Source: a virus (lineage: Duplodnaviria > Caudoviricetes). From it: DNA of 64,000 nucleotides. The position numbers and the translations under genes were made by a program. Below are positions 20,202 to 30,423 of the stretch, piece by piece (the first letter of the stretch is position 1; every line of letters starts with the position of its first letter). The stretch lies in the IMG/VR virus record IMGVR_UViG_2773857666_000003, positions 7,870-71,869 of that record; one strand, given 5' to 3'. The notes beneath the pieces are model-generated. The model saw only the letters and a list, made by a program, of their open reading frames with translations. It had not been told where the DNA came from and ran no database searches.

Positions 20202-21785
20202 ATGGCCGGTTACATCACTTCTCTTCTTGCGGTTGCGGCGCTGACCGGTGCCGAGTTGCTAGAGGTTTCACAGCTTTCCGCGACGGTTACGATTACGGCG
20301 TCGACCATTTCAGCAGCCGCCGTAGACAACAGCTACAACGACAGCGGCGGCGGCTTTCTGGCGGCAGGTTTTACGGTCGGCAACCGGGTGAAGGTGACAG
20401 GCTTCACTGGTGACATCGCGAACAACATCCTCGTCGGCGTCATCACCGCACTCACGACCACCAAGATGACGATCGGCGGGACCGATGGCGATGTCATCGT
20501 CGACAATGCCGCCGGCGAGAGCGTAACGATCACCAAATGGGTGTCGCGCCGGGCAACGGCTGCCGAGATCGCGCTGTGCGCGAAGGACACAGACGGGACA
20601 CTTGCCGCAAACAGCGACAGCAAGATCGCCACGCAGAAGGCAGTCAAAACCTATGTCGACGCGGCGGTCACTGGACTGCTCGACTTCAAGGGCGCGACAG
20701 ACTGTTCGGGCAATCCCAACTATCCGGCGGCATCGAAGGGCGATGTCTATATCGTCGCAGTGTCAGGCAAGATCGGCGGCGCTTCCGGTACCACCGTCGA
20801 TGTCGGCGACTGGTATGTGGCGACCGCCGACAATGCAGGTGGCACCGAGGCGAGTGTGGGAATGTCCTGGGGCCATATGGAACATAATCTCGTGTCAGCC
20901 CTGACCGGCGCTTACGCGGCCCCTACTGAGATTCTGGCCGGCACAGACAATGCCAAGATCGCCACCCCCGATGCTGTGGCAGCGTTATGGGAACAGGGTA
21001 GCGATGTTGCCAGCGCGGGCACTGTCTCGCTGGACGAAGGCGGCTATTTCAACATCACCGGCACCACCGCGATCACGGACATCGACTTCGCCACGGACAA
21101 GGCCGGGCGCAAGGCATGGGTTAAGTTCGCGGGTGCGCTGACACTGACTCACAACACCTCGACGCTGATCCTGCCGACCAGCGCAAACATCACCACTGCG
21201 GCGGGCGATACCGCCTGTTTCGTCTCCGAAGGATCGGACGTGGTTCGCTGCGTGGCGTATCAGCGGGCGAGTGGTGCCGCACTGGCAGGTGGAGGCTCTG
21301 GAAACGCGTGGAATTTGCAGTGGGGGCCGAAAGACAATGTGCCGCCGTCATCGAATTACGCGACATTAGACAGCCGCAACGGGCACCCCTGCCTTGACTT
21401 CGACACGACGACACAGGAATCGGCCGTCTTCGACGGTGTCTTGCCGAACGATTATGCCGGTAGCGGCATTACGGTTTATGTCTGGTGTTCTCTTACTTCG
21501 GCAACATCGGGCACGGTAGGCTGGTTGGTCTCGATTGAGCGCATGGACGCGAGTGGCCTGGATGTAGACAGCGACAGCTTCGCCTCTGCCGCAACCATAA
21601 CTGCCGCGACGGTCCCCGGAACAAGCGGGCAGCTTCTCAAGATGAGTGTGAATATCGCAAATGGGTCAGCGATGGACAGCCTAGCGGCCGGTGAAATGTT
21701 CCGGTTGAAGATCGCGCGGGACGTAGCGAATGACACCGCGACCGGCGACGCAGAACTTCTGCGCGTGATGATGGTGGCTCAGTAA
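20202..21785 (+). CDS. Tail fibre / receptor-binding protein
   Basis: Thr/Gly/Ala-rich; SDSKIATQKAVKTYVD; follows tail tip gene. Confidence 0.75.
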   Translation: MAGYITSLLAVAALTGAELLEVSQLSATVTITASTISAAAVDNSYNDSGGGFLAAGFTVGNRVKVTGFTGDIANNILVGVITALTTTKMTIGGTDGDVIVDNAAGESVTITKWVSRRATAAEIALCAKDTDGTLAANSDSKIATQKAVKTYVDAAVTGLLDFKGATDCSGNPNYPAASKGDVYIVAVSGKIGGASGTTVDVGDWYVATADNAGGTEASVGMSWGHMEHNLVSALTGAYAAPTEILAGTDNAKIATPDAVAALWEQGSDVASAGTVSLDEGGYFNITGTTAITDIDFATDKAGRKAWVKFAGALTLTHNTSTLILPTSANITTAAGDTACFVSEGSDVVRCVAYQRASGAALAGGGSGNAWNLQWGPKDNVPPSSNYATLDSRNGHPCLDFDTTTQESAVFDGVLPNDYAGSGITVYVWCSLTSATSGTVGWLVSIERMDASGLDVDSDSFASAATITAATVPGTSGQLLKMSVNIANGSAMDSLAAGEMFRLKIARDVANDTATGDAELLRVMMVAQ

Positions 21786-22438
21786 TGGCCAGGAACTTCG
21801 TCAACTCGACCGATCGAATCCACTACAACGTCGAAGTCCCTTCTATCGGGGATAGCCTCGGCGCCGTGGCATTTTGGTTCAGAGGGACGGACACCACGGC
21901 CCACGCGATGACGGCGTCACATTGGACAAGCGGAAGTCGCCAAGGCTGGGCGTTTTTGTTCGAGGCGACCGGAACCAAGATGCGATTTTTGGCGTATCCA
22001 AACAGCAGCACGCCAGCGGTGGATATAACAGCGACTTCGTCCATAAAAGACGGAGCGTGGCATCATGTTGCGGTCAATTACAACAGGCTGTCAGGTCAAT
22101 CGAACCAGATATATATCGACGGCGTTCAAGAGGCGTCGGGTAATTCGAATGCCGACTGGACAATCGGCACTGCTCAATTTTTCACGCTAGGTGACCCTTT
22201 CGATGCATTTTGGACGACTGCCAAAGGTGATCTAGCGGAGGTCGGCCACTGGACTGGTGGGCAACTGGACGCCGCAGAGATTGCGGCGTTGGCAAAGGGC
22301 TTCAGTCCGAAACTGATCCACCCCAGCCTTCAGAATTTCTATTCCCATCTAGATCGAGACCCATATAGCGAACGAACGACATTCATCGGAAGCGTGACCG
22401 GAACAACTGCTGTCGATCATCCGCGCATCATCGAATGA
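21785..22438 (+). CDS. LamG/concanavalin A-like lectin domain protein
   Basis: AFWF, DGAWHHVAV, IYIDG, GDLAEV...LDAAEI. Confidence 0.85.
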   Translation: MARNFVNSTDRIHYNVEVPSIGDSLGAVAFWFRGTDTTAHAMTASHWTSGSRQGWAFLFEATGTKMRFLAYPNSSTPAVDITATSSIKDGAWHHVAVNYNRLSGQSNQIYIDGVQEASGNSNADWTIGTAQFFTLGDPFDAFWTTAKGDLAEVGHWTGGQLDAAEIAALAKGFSPKLIHPSLQNFYSHLDRDPYSERTTFIGSVTGTTAVDHPRIIE

Positions 22439-22656
22439 AACGGAGAAACCTCCGGTTTCGGAACACCAGCACATCGATGGTGGGCACATTTGTTTCTGCT
22501 TCGGACACTACCGCCGCATCGTGTAGTTAACGCTGTTGCATTACATTGCTAATGTGAAATACCCTGCCTTTGAAAGTGCACGGGCTTGATGCGCTTCGGG
22601 GTGCCGCCACATAAAAGGCGGTCGATGCTTTGGGTTGAACTGATTGCGGGGGTGGT

Positions 22657-23403
22657 ATGGACAGCCGACAGAAAGAAATTTTCGAGGGTATCCACGACGA
22701 ATATTACGCGTCCACCGCTGACAGGTATGCTCATGCATACAAGGAGCAATACGTATTCAAACGGGTCGCCAGATACTTACACGGCGCGAACTCGGTGATG
22801 GAAATCGCTTGCGGTCAAGGGGAAGCCGTTGGTTGGCTGCGAGAGAGGAATCCTCAGTTATCAATCGCGGGATGCGATATATCAGAGAAGGCCGTTTTAG
22901 ATTTCGAAGCCGCCCACCGTAGTCCGGCCTTCGTCGCTGACATGACAAAGCCGTTCCACCACGGCCAAAAATATGACGCCGTGATCGTCATGGGCGGCAT
23001 CCATCACCTGATTGAAGATCTGGACACAGCCTTCGCGAATATCAGCGGTCTACTGAAACCCGGCGGGCGTTTGGTCATGTCAGAACCGAACGCGGACTAT
23101 TTCCTGAATCCGGTCCGGCGCCTCTGGTACAAATGGGATAAGTCGAATTTCGACGCGGCCTCGGAAGAGGCACTGTCGCACGATCGGCTGCTAGCAGAGC
23201 ATGGTGCCGATTTCAGAAAAATAGGCGTGCGCTACTTTGGTGGCCCGGCCTATTTTCTACTGGCACTTAATATGTTCCTGCGAATACCCAACGCGTCGAA
23301 GCGGTTCATGGCACCGATTGTCATGGGTGCCGAGCGCATATTTGACCTGCTGCCAGGTAAGCTACCGTTCGCATCGTTCATCGCCTGCTGGGAACGCCGG
23401 TAA
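22657..23403 (+). CDS. Class I SAM-dependent methyltransferase (small-molecule type)
   Basis: VMEIACGQG, GCDISE, YDAVI...HH, LKPGGRLVMSEPN. Confidence 0.85.
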   Translation: MDSRQKEIFEGIHDEYYASTADRYAHAYKEQYVFKRVARYLHGANSVMEIACGQGEAVGWLRERNPQLSIAGCDISEKAVLDFEAAHRSPAFVADMTKPFHHGQKYDAVIVMGGIHHLIEDLDTAFANISGLLKPGGRLVMSEPNADYFLNPVRRLWYKWDKSNFDAASEEALSHDRLLAEHGADFRKIGVRYFGGPAYFLLALNMFLRIPNASKRFMAPIVMGAERIFDLLPGKLPFASFIACWERR

Positions 23404-23544
23404 GCGCGCATACCGCAGCCTTCAGTCAGGTAAAGGGGTGCCACGCTGACAGGATTCCGGCGACCACTACGAGGCCGCGAATCTCGTTGAGGATCAGCAG
23501 CGCGATGGCCAGTTTGCCCCATTTCTTCACGGTAGCTTCTCCTG

Positions 23545-23814
23545 CTACTGATTAGCCGCGTCGAGCATGGCCTGCCATGTGTCGACCGCAAGCGTATCCG
23601 CTTGAGTCCGCGACCCAGCAAACAGCCTAGAGCCGCCGGCTTCAGTCATCGCGGTAGTTGGTTCACGGATCGCGTGAAAGACGGCGCGAACCTTCGGAAC
23701 GTAAAACATCCAAAACGGATCACCGCAGGAGGATGCGTTTGCCCCGTCAGGATCGTGCCCGTCGGACGCACAGAGCGCGCGTGCGGCACGTTCGACCATA
23801 GACTCAGTAGCCAT
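23545..23814 (-). CDS. Hypothetical protein
   Basis: MVERAARAL...AIREPTTAM...WQAMLDAA, a pattern seen in alphaproteobacterial phage proteins. Confidence 0.7.
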   Translation of the reverse strand: MATESMVERAARALCASDGHDPDGANASSCGDPFWMFYVPKVRAVFHAIREPTTAMTEAGGSRLFAGSRTQADTLAVDTWQAMLDAANQ

Positions 23815-24070
23815 CGCTGCCTCCATGTGGTTGCAAGTTTCCATGGTATTGCATCAGGCGGATTTCGGGCACGCCGCTCACGGTAGAAACCTTCATCCAA
23901 CCCCAATCCGGAGCAAGATCGCTCATGGTCTGATCGAGCATCTGGCCAACCGCATATCGAGACCACGTGGGAAACCGTCGGGCGATTTCATCGTTGCAGC
24001 GCTTCTGCAGCTCCGGTCCCAAGCGATCCAGTTCTTCGTGTGTCATACCTTCGGCTCCCACATGAAACAC
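23804..24070 (-). CDS. Hypothetical protein
   Basis: Part of tightly packed leftward ORF chain. Confidence 0.55.
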   Translation of the reverse strand: MFHVGAEGMTHEELDRLGPELQKRCNDEIARRFPTWSRYAVGQMLDQTMSDLAPDWGWMKVSTVSGVPEIRLMQYHGNLQPHGGSDGY

Positions 24071-24426
24071 TCGCGACCGTCTTCCGGACTCAGCGCCTCA
24101 TCGTCGGCGCCTTCCGGCGTCTTACCGCTCAGTAGCATCTGGAGCAGTCCCTTCTGATGATATTTACGGATCGCCCATATAGGGTTCTTGGTTGGGTCTT
24201 CGTCCTGCAACGCCTCGTCATCAACACCACAGCCACAGGCGACCGTGTGAGGATCGCGACCGGTGTAAGACCTGGCGCAGTTGCCGCAGCTCGGAATGTC
24301 GGCATCGCAAACGACACATTTCAAGCCGTGGCGGAAGTGCGACATGCCTGCGGGGCACGCGTTGCGTTCGCGGATCACCTGCTTGAACAACGCCCGGTTG
24401 GAGGCCAGTTCGGTCACATCGGTCAT
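24043..24426 (-). CDS. Hypothetical Cys-rich protein
   Basis: CVVC, CGNC, CGC; RBS upstream. Confidence 0.65.
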   Translation of the reverse strand: MTDVTELASNRALFKQVIRERNACPAGMSHFRHGLKCVVCDADIPSCGNCARSYTGRDPHTVACGCGVDDEALQDEDPTKNPIWAIRKYHQKGLLQMLLSGKTPEGADDEALSPEDGRECFMWEPKV

Positions 24427-24458
24427 CGAAACCTCCCTCTATTCAGTAGCGACCTCGG

Positions 24459-24728
24459 CTACCTATTTTTCTCTGGACCTTCGGCAACGATGGCCATGTT
24501 GCTGTGCTGAACGATTTTCCACCAATCATATTGGTCAGCCTCAAATCGCCTGGAAACCTCTTCGCGAAGTTCCTCAACCGTGTCAGCGGAACATTTCAGA
24601 TCCTCGGTCGCCTCACCCGGATAATAGGTGTTGCCTTCATAGAGCAGAAACGCCTTAACCGGCGGCCGATTTCGTTCATCCTCGCCAAGGTCGTACTCGT
24701 AAGGATCGTACTCAACGATTGCCATCAC
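24459..24728 (-). CDS. Hypothetical protein
   Basis: FLLY...YYP...DWWKIV. Confidence 0.65.
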   Translation of the reverse strand: MMAIVEYDPYEYDLGEDERNRPPVKAFLLYEGNTYYPGEATEDLKCSADTVEELREEVSRRFEADQYDWWKIVQHSNMAIVAEGPEKNR

Positions 24729-24952
24729 TCAACCTCCACCGTTGCCACCCGCGCCGCGTGAACGTGGGTGACGGCCACGCTACCAAATAGCGGATCATCC
24801 GGATGCCGCTGACCACCCCACGATGATACAGCATCCTCCGCGAATTTCCTCAACTCAGGCATCGTCACGCCTTGCTCGACCGTGCCGACGATCGTCAGGA
24901 CAACCATGGTTCGGCTCATGAGCCGCGATCCTCCAAGCGGAGTATCGCCCAT
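24725..24952 (-). CDS. Hypothetical protein
   Basis: WGGQRHPDDPLF; start may be internal. Confidence 0.6.
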   Translation of the reverse strand: MGDTPLGGSRLMSRTMVVLTIVGTVEQGVTMPELRKFAEDAVSSWGGQRHPDDPLFGSVAVTHVHAARVATVEVE

Positions 24953-25104
24953 TCATCGACACCCCACTGGTGGATGCGAATTTTTCCGCTGACCCCCTGC
25001 TTCTTGTAGCGAAATGCCTCGCCTTCGACGATCACGTCATACCCGGCCTCGGCGAGGCGGCGGCGCGCTACATCCGTACCAATCCAAGAATCTTTTATCA
25101 TCAT
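24916..25104 (-). CDS. Hypothetical protein
   Basis: Coupled ORF chain. Confidence 0.55.
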   Translation of the reverse strand: MMIKDSWIGTDVARRRLAEAGYDVIVEGEAFRYKKQGVSGKIRIHQWGVDEWAILRLEDRGS

Positions 25105-25298
25105 GACCTCCCGTTCATCTCGATTTGGTTCAGCAGGCTGAGCAGATTCATGTTACCGGCCCAGGCGTTGTCGCCGAGATTGGTATCCAGGACATCGGCG
25201 ATGCGCTTCAGGGAAACCGCGATGGACGTGGCTGCCGCCGACAGCGGGTCACGGCAGTCGCGGGCTTCCGGCTCGAACTTACCTTCGAGGACGCTCAT
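25101..25298 (-). CDS. Hypothetical protein
   Basis: SIAVSLKRIAD; coupled ORF chain. Confidence 0.6.
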   Translation of the reverse strand: MSVLEGKFEPEARDCRDPLSAAATSIAVSLKRIADVLDTNLGDNAWAGNMNLLSLLNQIEMNGRS

Positions 25299-25642
25299 GC
25301 CGTCCTCCGCTCAATCGCCGCAACCGCATCGCGAGCATTCTGCCAAGCCTCGGCCAAGCTGCGCCCACGGCCGCGGGCCAGGCGGCCGCCGGTCGGATAG
25401 CGCTGAAACTCAACCCACCATGCCCCATCGACATGTGGAAGCGGGTCGTGTGTATCGCCCAAACAATGGACGCCAGTATGTTGATGCTGTGCCGAATGCA
25501 GGAACCATCCTTCCGGCTCTCGAAGCGTCTCGTGTCGCAGGCACCGGAGCAAATCCATATACATGGTCGAAAGGTCATGCTTGGACTTGTTCATGAGGTA
25601 GCGATGCGTGATCGGCCCGCCGTTGAACTCGACAATACTCAT
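25295..25642 (-). CDS. Hypothetical protein
   Basis: ATGA overlaps at both ends. Confidence 0.6.
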   Translation of the reverse strand: MSIVEFNGGPITHRYLMNKSKHDLSTMYMDLLRCLRHETLREPEGWFLHSAQHQHTGVHCLGDTHDPLPHVDGAWWVEFQRYPTGGRLARGRGRSLAEAWQNARDAVAAIERRTA

Positions 25643-26088
25643 GCTGCCACCCCACCGCTAAACAGCTTTGCCACCGGGGAGTCGATGAACTCCGACGCGG
25701 CAACCTTCGCCATCTCATCAGCCTGCGACCAGCGAAACTTGTCGAGCTGCACCAACACCGGTTCGCGGGCGGCGCACTCAGGCGTTTCCTGTCGCACCCA
25801 ACCGCTGAACGTGAGCACCTGGTACGCCGCCGCCTTGGTGGCCGTCGACACGTCACGCATCAGGACATGCGTCTCGTTGACCGACAGCACTTCCCAGAGC
25901 GTGGTAGCGTAGGCAACTCCGCAATCCATGCCGCCGTCGACCGGCAGCACGGTGTAATAGTGATTGGCTTCGGGTTTGTTGGTCATGAACCTGAACCTTC
26001 TGATTCGTTGCCGCTTAGGACGGTGTGCCCGCTCCTGCGCGATGTAGAACGCTGCGGCGATCGCCAGCGCTACCAGGATGGCAATCAC
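25639..26088 (-). CDS. Hypothetical protein with N-terminal membrane anchor
   Basis: Hydrophobic N-terminus; coupled ORF chain. Confidence 0.6.
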   Translation of the reverse strand: MIAILVALAIAAAFYIAQERAHRPKRQRIRRFRFMTNKPEANHYYTVLPVDGGMDCGVAYATTLWEVLSVNETHVLMRDVSTATKAAAYQVLTFSGWVRQETPECAAREPVLVQLDKFRWSQADEMAKVAASEFIDSPVAKLFSGGVAA

Positions 26089-26624
26089 ACCCGCTCCCGC
26101 AACCGGCGATACGCCTCGATGACACCCATGGCCTGCGCCTTCGCATCGTCCAGCGCGTTGTGCGCGACCCCGTATTCCGGGATGCCCGTCTTCGGGTCCA
26201 TGCCTGCAGCTTCGAGGATCGTCCGCACGTCACGCGGCGCCCGGTAGTGCCACGGCACCTTCTGGTCGGTCGCGCGGTACGCAGCTGCCAGCAGCACCTC
26301 GTCGAAGTGTGGCCCTTGCGCCCAGAAGCGGGCTGCCTGGTCGGGTGTCTCCTGCGAGTACCACCAGGTTGAGAACTGATGCAGTCCTTCGGCGATGTCG
26401 ACGCGGTCAACCAGGAGGCGCTGCTGCGCTTCTTCCGACTGCTCCATCCACCATGCAACCGTCTGCGGGTGATGGGTCAGATGATACGCGCCACCGCCCT
26501 TGACGTTGACATAGAACTCCTCCCCGAGTGTCCCGGCTACCGGATCGAACACGACTGCACCGATGCTGCGCAGGTCGCTGCCGGGCACGAGGCCCCAAGA
26601 CTCCAGGTCGACCATGATGTGCAT
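26085..26624 (-). CDS. DEDDh 3'-5' exonuclease (Rv2179c-like)
   Basis: IMVDLE, WAQGPHFD, RDVRT, HNALDDA. Confidence 0.88.
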   Translation of the reverse strand: MHIMVDLESWGLVPGSDLRSIGAVVFDPVAGTLGEEFYVNVKGGGAYHLTHHPQTVAWWMEQSEEAQQRLLVDRVDIAEGLHQFSTWWYSQETPDQAARFWAQGPHFDEVLLAAAYRATDQKVPWHYRAPRDVRTILEAAGMDPKTGIPEYGVAHNALDDAKAQAMGVIEAYRRLRERV

Positions 26625-26685
26625 GAGAATATCTCCCGCTGATTTCATCCTCGCCCCGGCTATTGGTAGCCGGGGTCCGGTGATG

Positions 26686-28290
26686 TCAGTCCCAACGGTC
26701 AATGCGGTAATCGTTCCAGGACCGTCCGTCGAAGACCTGGAGGTGACACTGCGCCTTCGACTTTCGCAGATCGTATCCGTTAGCTGACGCTTCCTCGCGA
26801 CCGTGCAGCCGCGCTGAGCGGGAGTAGGCTTCGATGGTCGACCGGATGCCGTGCAGTTCGGACTTCAGGCACTCTGGGAACAACGCATTGCTGACACCAG
26901 TGTTGGAGTCACGCGCGCCGTCCAGCACCAGGATAACGCCGTCCGCTAGTTCCGGCATCGGCCGGCTACCCGTGAGCGTCGGGAACGGGGTGATCGCCGT
27001 GACGTCGACGTAGCGACCGCCGCGCAGCCCCCAGGCCTCCGGTGAACTCCCGTTGTTGTAGCAATACCATGCGATCGGGTTGCGCTCATCCTCGCGATCC
27101 CACTTCAGGATCGGTGGTGCGTCGGCGTGAACGGCAGTCGTAACGCCGATGAAGCTGCCGCGACCGTGTGGCGTGAGTAACTGGATCTGCGCAGCCGTCG
27201 GCAGCACGGTGCGGGCGAACTTCTCCCATGTCATCGTTTGCGCCGGGATATTGAGTGAAGCCACCCGGTCGGCATTCTTGGGTTCCAGGTGGCCGAAGAT
27301 GCCAACTGGGACTTGCTTCTCCTCTACAGGGCACGGCTTCCACAGCAGCGTCTTCAGATCATCCAGTTGTGCATACCGGCGTTCGAGCGACGGAGCGATG
27401 CCAAGCCTGGCGACCAGTTCCTCGGCAGCCTTGATGTTGCCGATGGACGGGGCCGCCTGCGGCCTCTGATACTGGAGCGGGTGCATCTTCGCATTGAAGC
27501 GGCGCTCAACGTCAGGGAACGGCAGCCCGGCAGCAATGTCTTCGAGAAGCGAGCCGGTGACTGCGGAACGCGGATGGCAGAACCCTTCCGGAGCCTTGGT
27601 CACGGCAACCCACAGGAGATTGTCACCGGCTCGACCCTTGGGCCTGTCATGCAGGTCTCGCAGCCACTGGAGCGGTGCCACGAACTTCTCGCTGCGCGCC
27701 AGCGCGTTAGCCTTGAGGACGCGGAGCGCTTCGTCCAGCAGCGCCGGCTTGAAGTCGTGAAGGGCCTCGATAACGATGCGGCGGCGCTCCTTGTTGGCAG
27801 CCATCGCTCGGCCTGCGGTGAGCGCATAGTTACGATAGACCATGGCGCTTAACGGGTTCACCGCGAAGTGAGTCCAGGCGCCGGTAACGGGTGTGCCCCA
27901 GATATTCTCGCTGCTGAGGAACGCCGAAACGATCTTCGCCTTTTCGACCCGATCGCGCAGAGCGATGATTGCTGTGGCGTAATAGCCGTCGACTTGGCTG
28001 GCCCACATGACCGGGTTCAACGCACCGTCTTCACCAACAGTCACCAACCCGCCGAAATTCTCGATAAAACGTCGGCAGCAGTTACAGTTGTGGTACTGAC
28101 GTTCCTCGACATCACCGGTCGGCAGGCTGTTGAGATACAGGTCAAAGAGACCTGCGGCATCGGTGCGGAACAGCGGTTGACCGCCAGTGACCGCAGCATC
28201 GAAGCCGCGCTGCATTTCCTTGAGAACGGCACCATAGTCGCGGTCAGCGAAGTGCTGCTGCGCGGCCACGTGGTGATCGATGGTAATCAT
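26686..28290 (-). CDS. Large hypothetical protein (534 aa)
   Basis: Long ORF with RBS; RQYHNCNCCRRF; no function recognised. Confidence 0.85.
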   Translation of the reverse strand: MITIDHHVAAQQHFADRDYGAVLKEMQRGFDAAVTGGQPLFRTDAAGLFDLYLNSLPTGDVEERQYHNCNCCRRFIENFGGLVTVGEDGALNPVMWASQVDGYYATAIIALRDRVEKAKIVSAFLSSENIWGTPVTGAWTHFAVNPLSAMVYRNYALTAGRAMAANKERRRIVIEALHDFKPALLDEALRVLKANALARSEKFVAPLQWLRDLHDRPKGRAGDNLLWVAVTKAPEGFCHPRSAVTGSLLEDIAAGLPFPDVERRFNAKMHPLQYQRPQAAPSIGNIKAAEELVARLGIAPSLERRYAQLDDLKTLLWKPCPVEEKQVPVGIFGHLEPKNADRVASLNIPAQTMTWEKFARTVLPTAAQIQLLTPHGRGSFIGVTTAVHADAPPILKWDREDERNPIAWYCYNNGSSPEAWGLRGGRYVDVTAITPFPTLTGSRPMPELADGVILVLDGARDSNTGVSNALFPECLKSELHGIRSTIEAYSRSARLHGREEASANGYDLRKSKAQCHLQVFDGRSWNDYRIDRWD

Positions 28291-28316
28291 TTTCGAGTCT
28301 CCCGCAGTGATCAAAT

Positions 28317-28368
28317 TCACGAATCAAGTGATTATGGAATCGCCTCTTACAAGTCAACCGTTAGTTGA
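28317..28368. promoter_or_regulatory. Divergent promoter region with two 15-bp boxes
   Basis: TCACGAATCAAGTGA (28317) and TCAACCGTTAGTTGA (28354); minus-strand TTGACT-N17-TAATCA. Confidence 0.6.
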
Positions 28369-28458
28369 AACGACAGCCGATTCGTTGCTGTTCCGGCGAT
28401 TCGGTGGTAATGCGGAATCACTTATGCCGTGACTCGTGGCCCAAAGGAGCACCACCGA

Positions 28459-28818
28459 ATGGCTTTCACCACCAATCTTTCGCTGCCGCTGACCTTCCTC
28501 GGCATCATCCCTTTCCGCAAGGCGATCGCCGACGCGTTCAACATCATCGACGCAGCCGTCGGTGAAGTATTGACCGGCAGCAAGACCCACGACTTCGCGA
28601 GCGTTGCCGACGGTGCGCAGGCGACGACCACGGTTACCGTCACCGGTGCCGCGCTCGGCGACTTCTGCCAGGCCTCTGTCGGTGTCAGCCAAGCCGGCGT
28701 CATCCTGCACGCTTATGTATCAGCGGCCGATACGGTCACCGTCGTCCTGCAGAACGAAACCGGTGGCGCGGTCGATCTCGCGAGCACGACCCTTTCGGTA
28801 CTGGTCCGCAAGGCGTAA
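28459..28818 (+). CDS. Putative virion protein (beta-rich fibre/decoration-like domain)
   Basis: TVTVTGAALGDF...AYVSAADTVTVVLQNETGGAVDL; strong RBS. Confidence 0.6.
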   Translation: MAFTTNLSLPLTFLGIIPFRKAIADAFNIIDAAVGEVLTGSKTHDFASVADGAQATTTVTVTGAALGDFCQASVGVSQAGVILHAYVSAADTVTVVLQNETGGAVDLASTTLSVLVRKA

Positions 28819-28822
28819 GCCG

Positions 28823-29092
28823 GTGGCTCTGCTGAACATCAAGCTGTTCGACGACTGGAAGGCGACCTTCGTCAAATCCTGGTCGAACCGCATCAACGCG
28901 CTGAACGGGATCATCCTCACGCTGCTGGCCGCTTGGCCGACGGCGATGGTCGACATCTGGAACGTGCTGCCGGTCTTCCTGCAGTCGTTCCTCCCGAAGA
29001 ACTTCGCGCTGTTCATCCCGCTGGCGCTGACCGGCCTCTCGATGTGGGCGCGCGTGGTCATCCAGGAAAAGCTGGCCAATGGCGGTAAATAA
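28823..29092 (+). CDS. Putative holin
   Basis: 89 aa, two hydrophobic segments, directly upstream of the endolysin. Confidence 0.7.
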   Translation: MALLNIKLFDDWKATFVKSWSNRINALNGIILTLLAAWPTAMVDIWNVLPVFLQSFLPKNFALFIPLALTGLSMWARVVIQEKLANGGK

Positions 29093-29630
29093 CGCATCGT
29101 CGCAGAAGAACGGCGGTGTCCGCATCGCTGTTGCTGCACTGAGCCTGTCGGTCGCGGGTTTCGCGTCATGGCAGGCTCACGAAGGCTATACCGATCACGC
29201 CGTCATTCCTACGAAGGGCGACGTACCGACGATCGGCCATGGGTCGACCCGCTACGAAGACGGCAGCAAGGTGAAGATGGGTGACACGATCACCCGCAAA
29301 CGCGCTGCCGAACTCGCCCGCAACCTTGCTGCCGAAGATGAGCGGAAGTTCGCCGCCACGTTGCCCGGCGTCAGGCTGACGCAAGGCGAGTATGACGTCT
29401 ACATCAATTACGTCGGGCAGTTCGGGATCGGCAACTGGAACAAGTCGTCCATGCGTCGGAACCTGTTGGCAGGCAACTACGTCAAGGCCTGCGAGTCGCT
29501 GAAGCTCTACCGCTTCGCCGCCGGTTACGACTGCAGCACGACAATCAACGGCAAGCCGAACAGGCGGTGCTGGGGCGTCTGGACCCGCCAGTTGGGTCGC
29601 TACAACTCATGCATGGCGGCACAGCCATGA
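29079..29630 (+). CDS. Endolysin, GH24 lysozyme with SAR domain
   Basis: Weakly hydrophobic N-terminus, then HEGYTDHAVIPTKGDVPTIGHG (E-x8-D-x2-T catalytic pattern). Confidence 0.92.
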   Translation: MAVNNASSQKNGGVRIAVAALSLSVAGFASWQAHEGYTDHAVIPTKGDVPTIGHGSTRYEDGSKVKMGDTITRKRAAELARNLAAEDERKFAATLPGVRLTQGEYDVYINYVGQFGIGNWNKSSMRRNLLAGNYVKACESLKLYRFAAGYDCSTTINGKPNRRCWGVWTRQLGRYNSCMAAQP

Positions 29631-30040
29631 TCTCCCTGTCAGCGATCAAGTGGCAGATCGTCAGCGGAGTCGCAGGCGTAGCCCTGCTGACGGCAACCGG
29701 CGGGCTGATCTACAGCCGCATCGAGATTCGGTATCTGCGCAATGTGGTTGCCAAGCTGACTACCAAAATCAAGACAGTCGAAGCTGACCTGGCGACCGAA
29801 ACCACCAACCGCGCGAACCTGGAAACGGCCATCGCCCGGCAGAATGCCGAGTGGCAGCGTCAATCCGCAGTCGCCGCAACCCGTCTCGCCACCACGCAGC
29901 AGAAACTGGAAGCCGCGCAGGCTGCCGCCCGGAAGGCGCGTGCCCGCGCAACCGCGATGCTGAGCGTACCGCTGAATGGCGATACCGTCTGCGAGCGCGT
30001 CATGGATGCCGATCGCCGGGTACTGGAGTCCTTGAAATGA
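29627..30040 (+). CDS. Inner-membrane spanin (Rz-like)
   Basis: N-terminal TM helix then coiled coil, C-terminal Cys; follows endolysin. Confidence 0.7.
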   Translation: MISLSAIKWQIVSGVAGVALLTATGGLIYSRIEIRYLRNVVAKLTTKIKTVEADLATETTNRANLETAIARQNAEWQRQSAVAATRLATTQQKLEAAQAAARKARARATAMLSVPLNGDTVCERVMDADRRVLESLK

Positions 30041-30423
30041 CCGATACGTTTTTCTGTGGCCGCGGCCCTGGTGCCGATAGCCCGTTTCACGCTCCCTTCA
30101 ACGGTGAAGCGACATGGAGTGTCCGGCCGAACGGTGATCGCACCTGCTCGTATTGTGGTTCGCTCCATCCGGACGACTTCCTGGACATCATGCGCCGTTA
30201 CGCGGCCGATGAGGAAGGTTATTCGTTCGGCCTGACCGACAAGAGCTACAAGGTCTACGCAAATCGTGGCGGCGTGCAGAACGCTTCCGAAGGCGGCATC
30301 AAGTTTTACGGTGCCCACGCAGTCTCCGAGGATCATCCTGACCGCGCGGCACATGAAGCCGCGTGGACCGCCGCAGTAGCCAAGCATCGCGCTGAAATGC
30401 GTGAGCGGTTCGGCACGTCATGA
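30037..30423 (+). CDS. Hypothetical protein between spanin genes
   Basis: RTCSYCGSLHPDDF; coupled to both neighbours. Confidence 0.7.
   Translation: MTDTFFCGRGPGADSPFHAPFNGEATWSVRPNGDRTCSYCGSLHPDDFLDIMRRYAADEEGYSFGLTDKSYKVYANRGGVQNASEGGIKFYGAHAVSEDHPDRAAHEAAWTAAVAKHRAEMRERFGTS

Noticed and set aside
17403-22438. Diversity-generating retroelement or invertible tail-fibre cassette
   Set aside because: No reverse transcriptase or invertase, and no template/variable repeat pair was noticed by eye.
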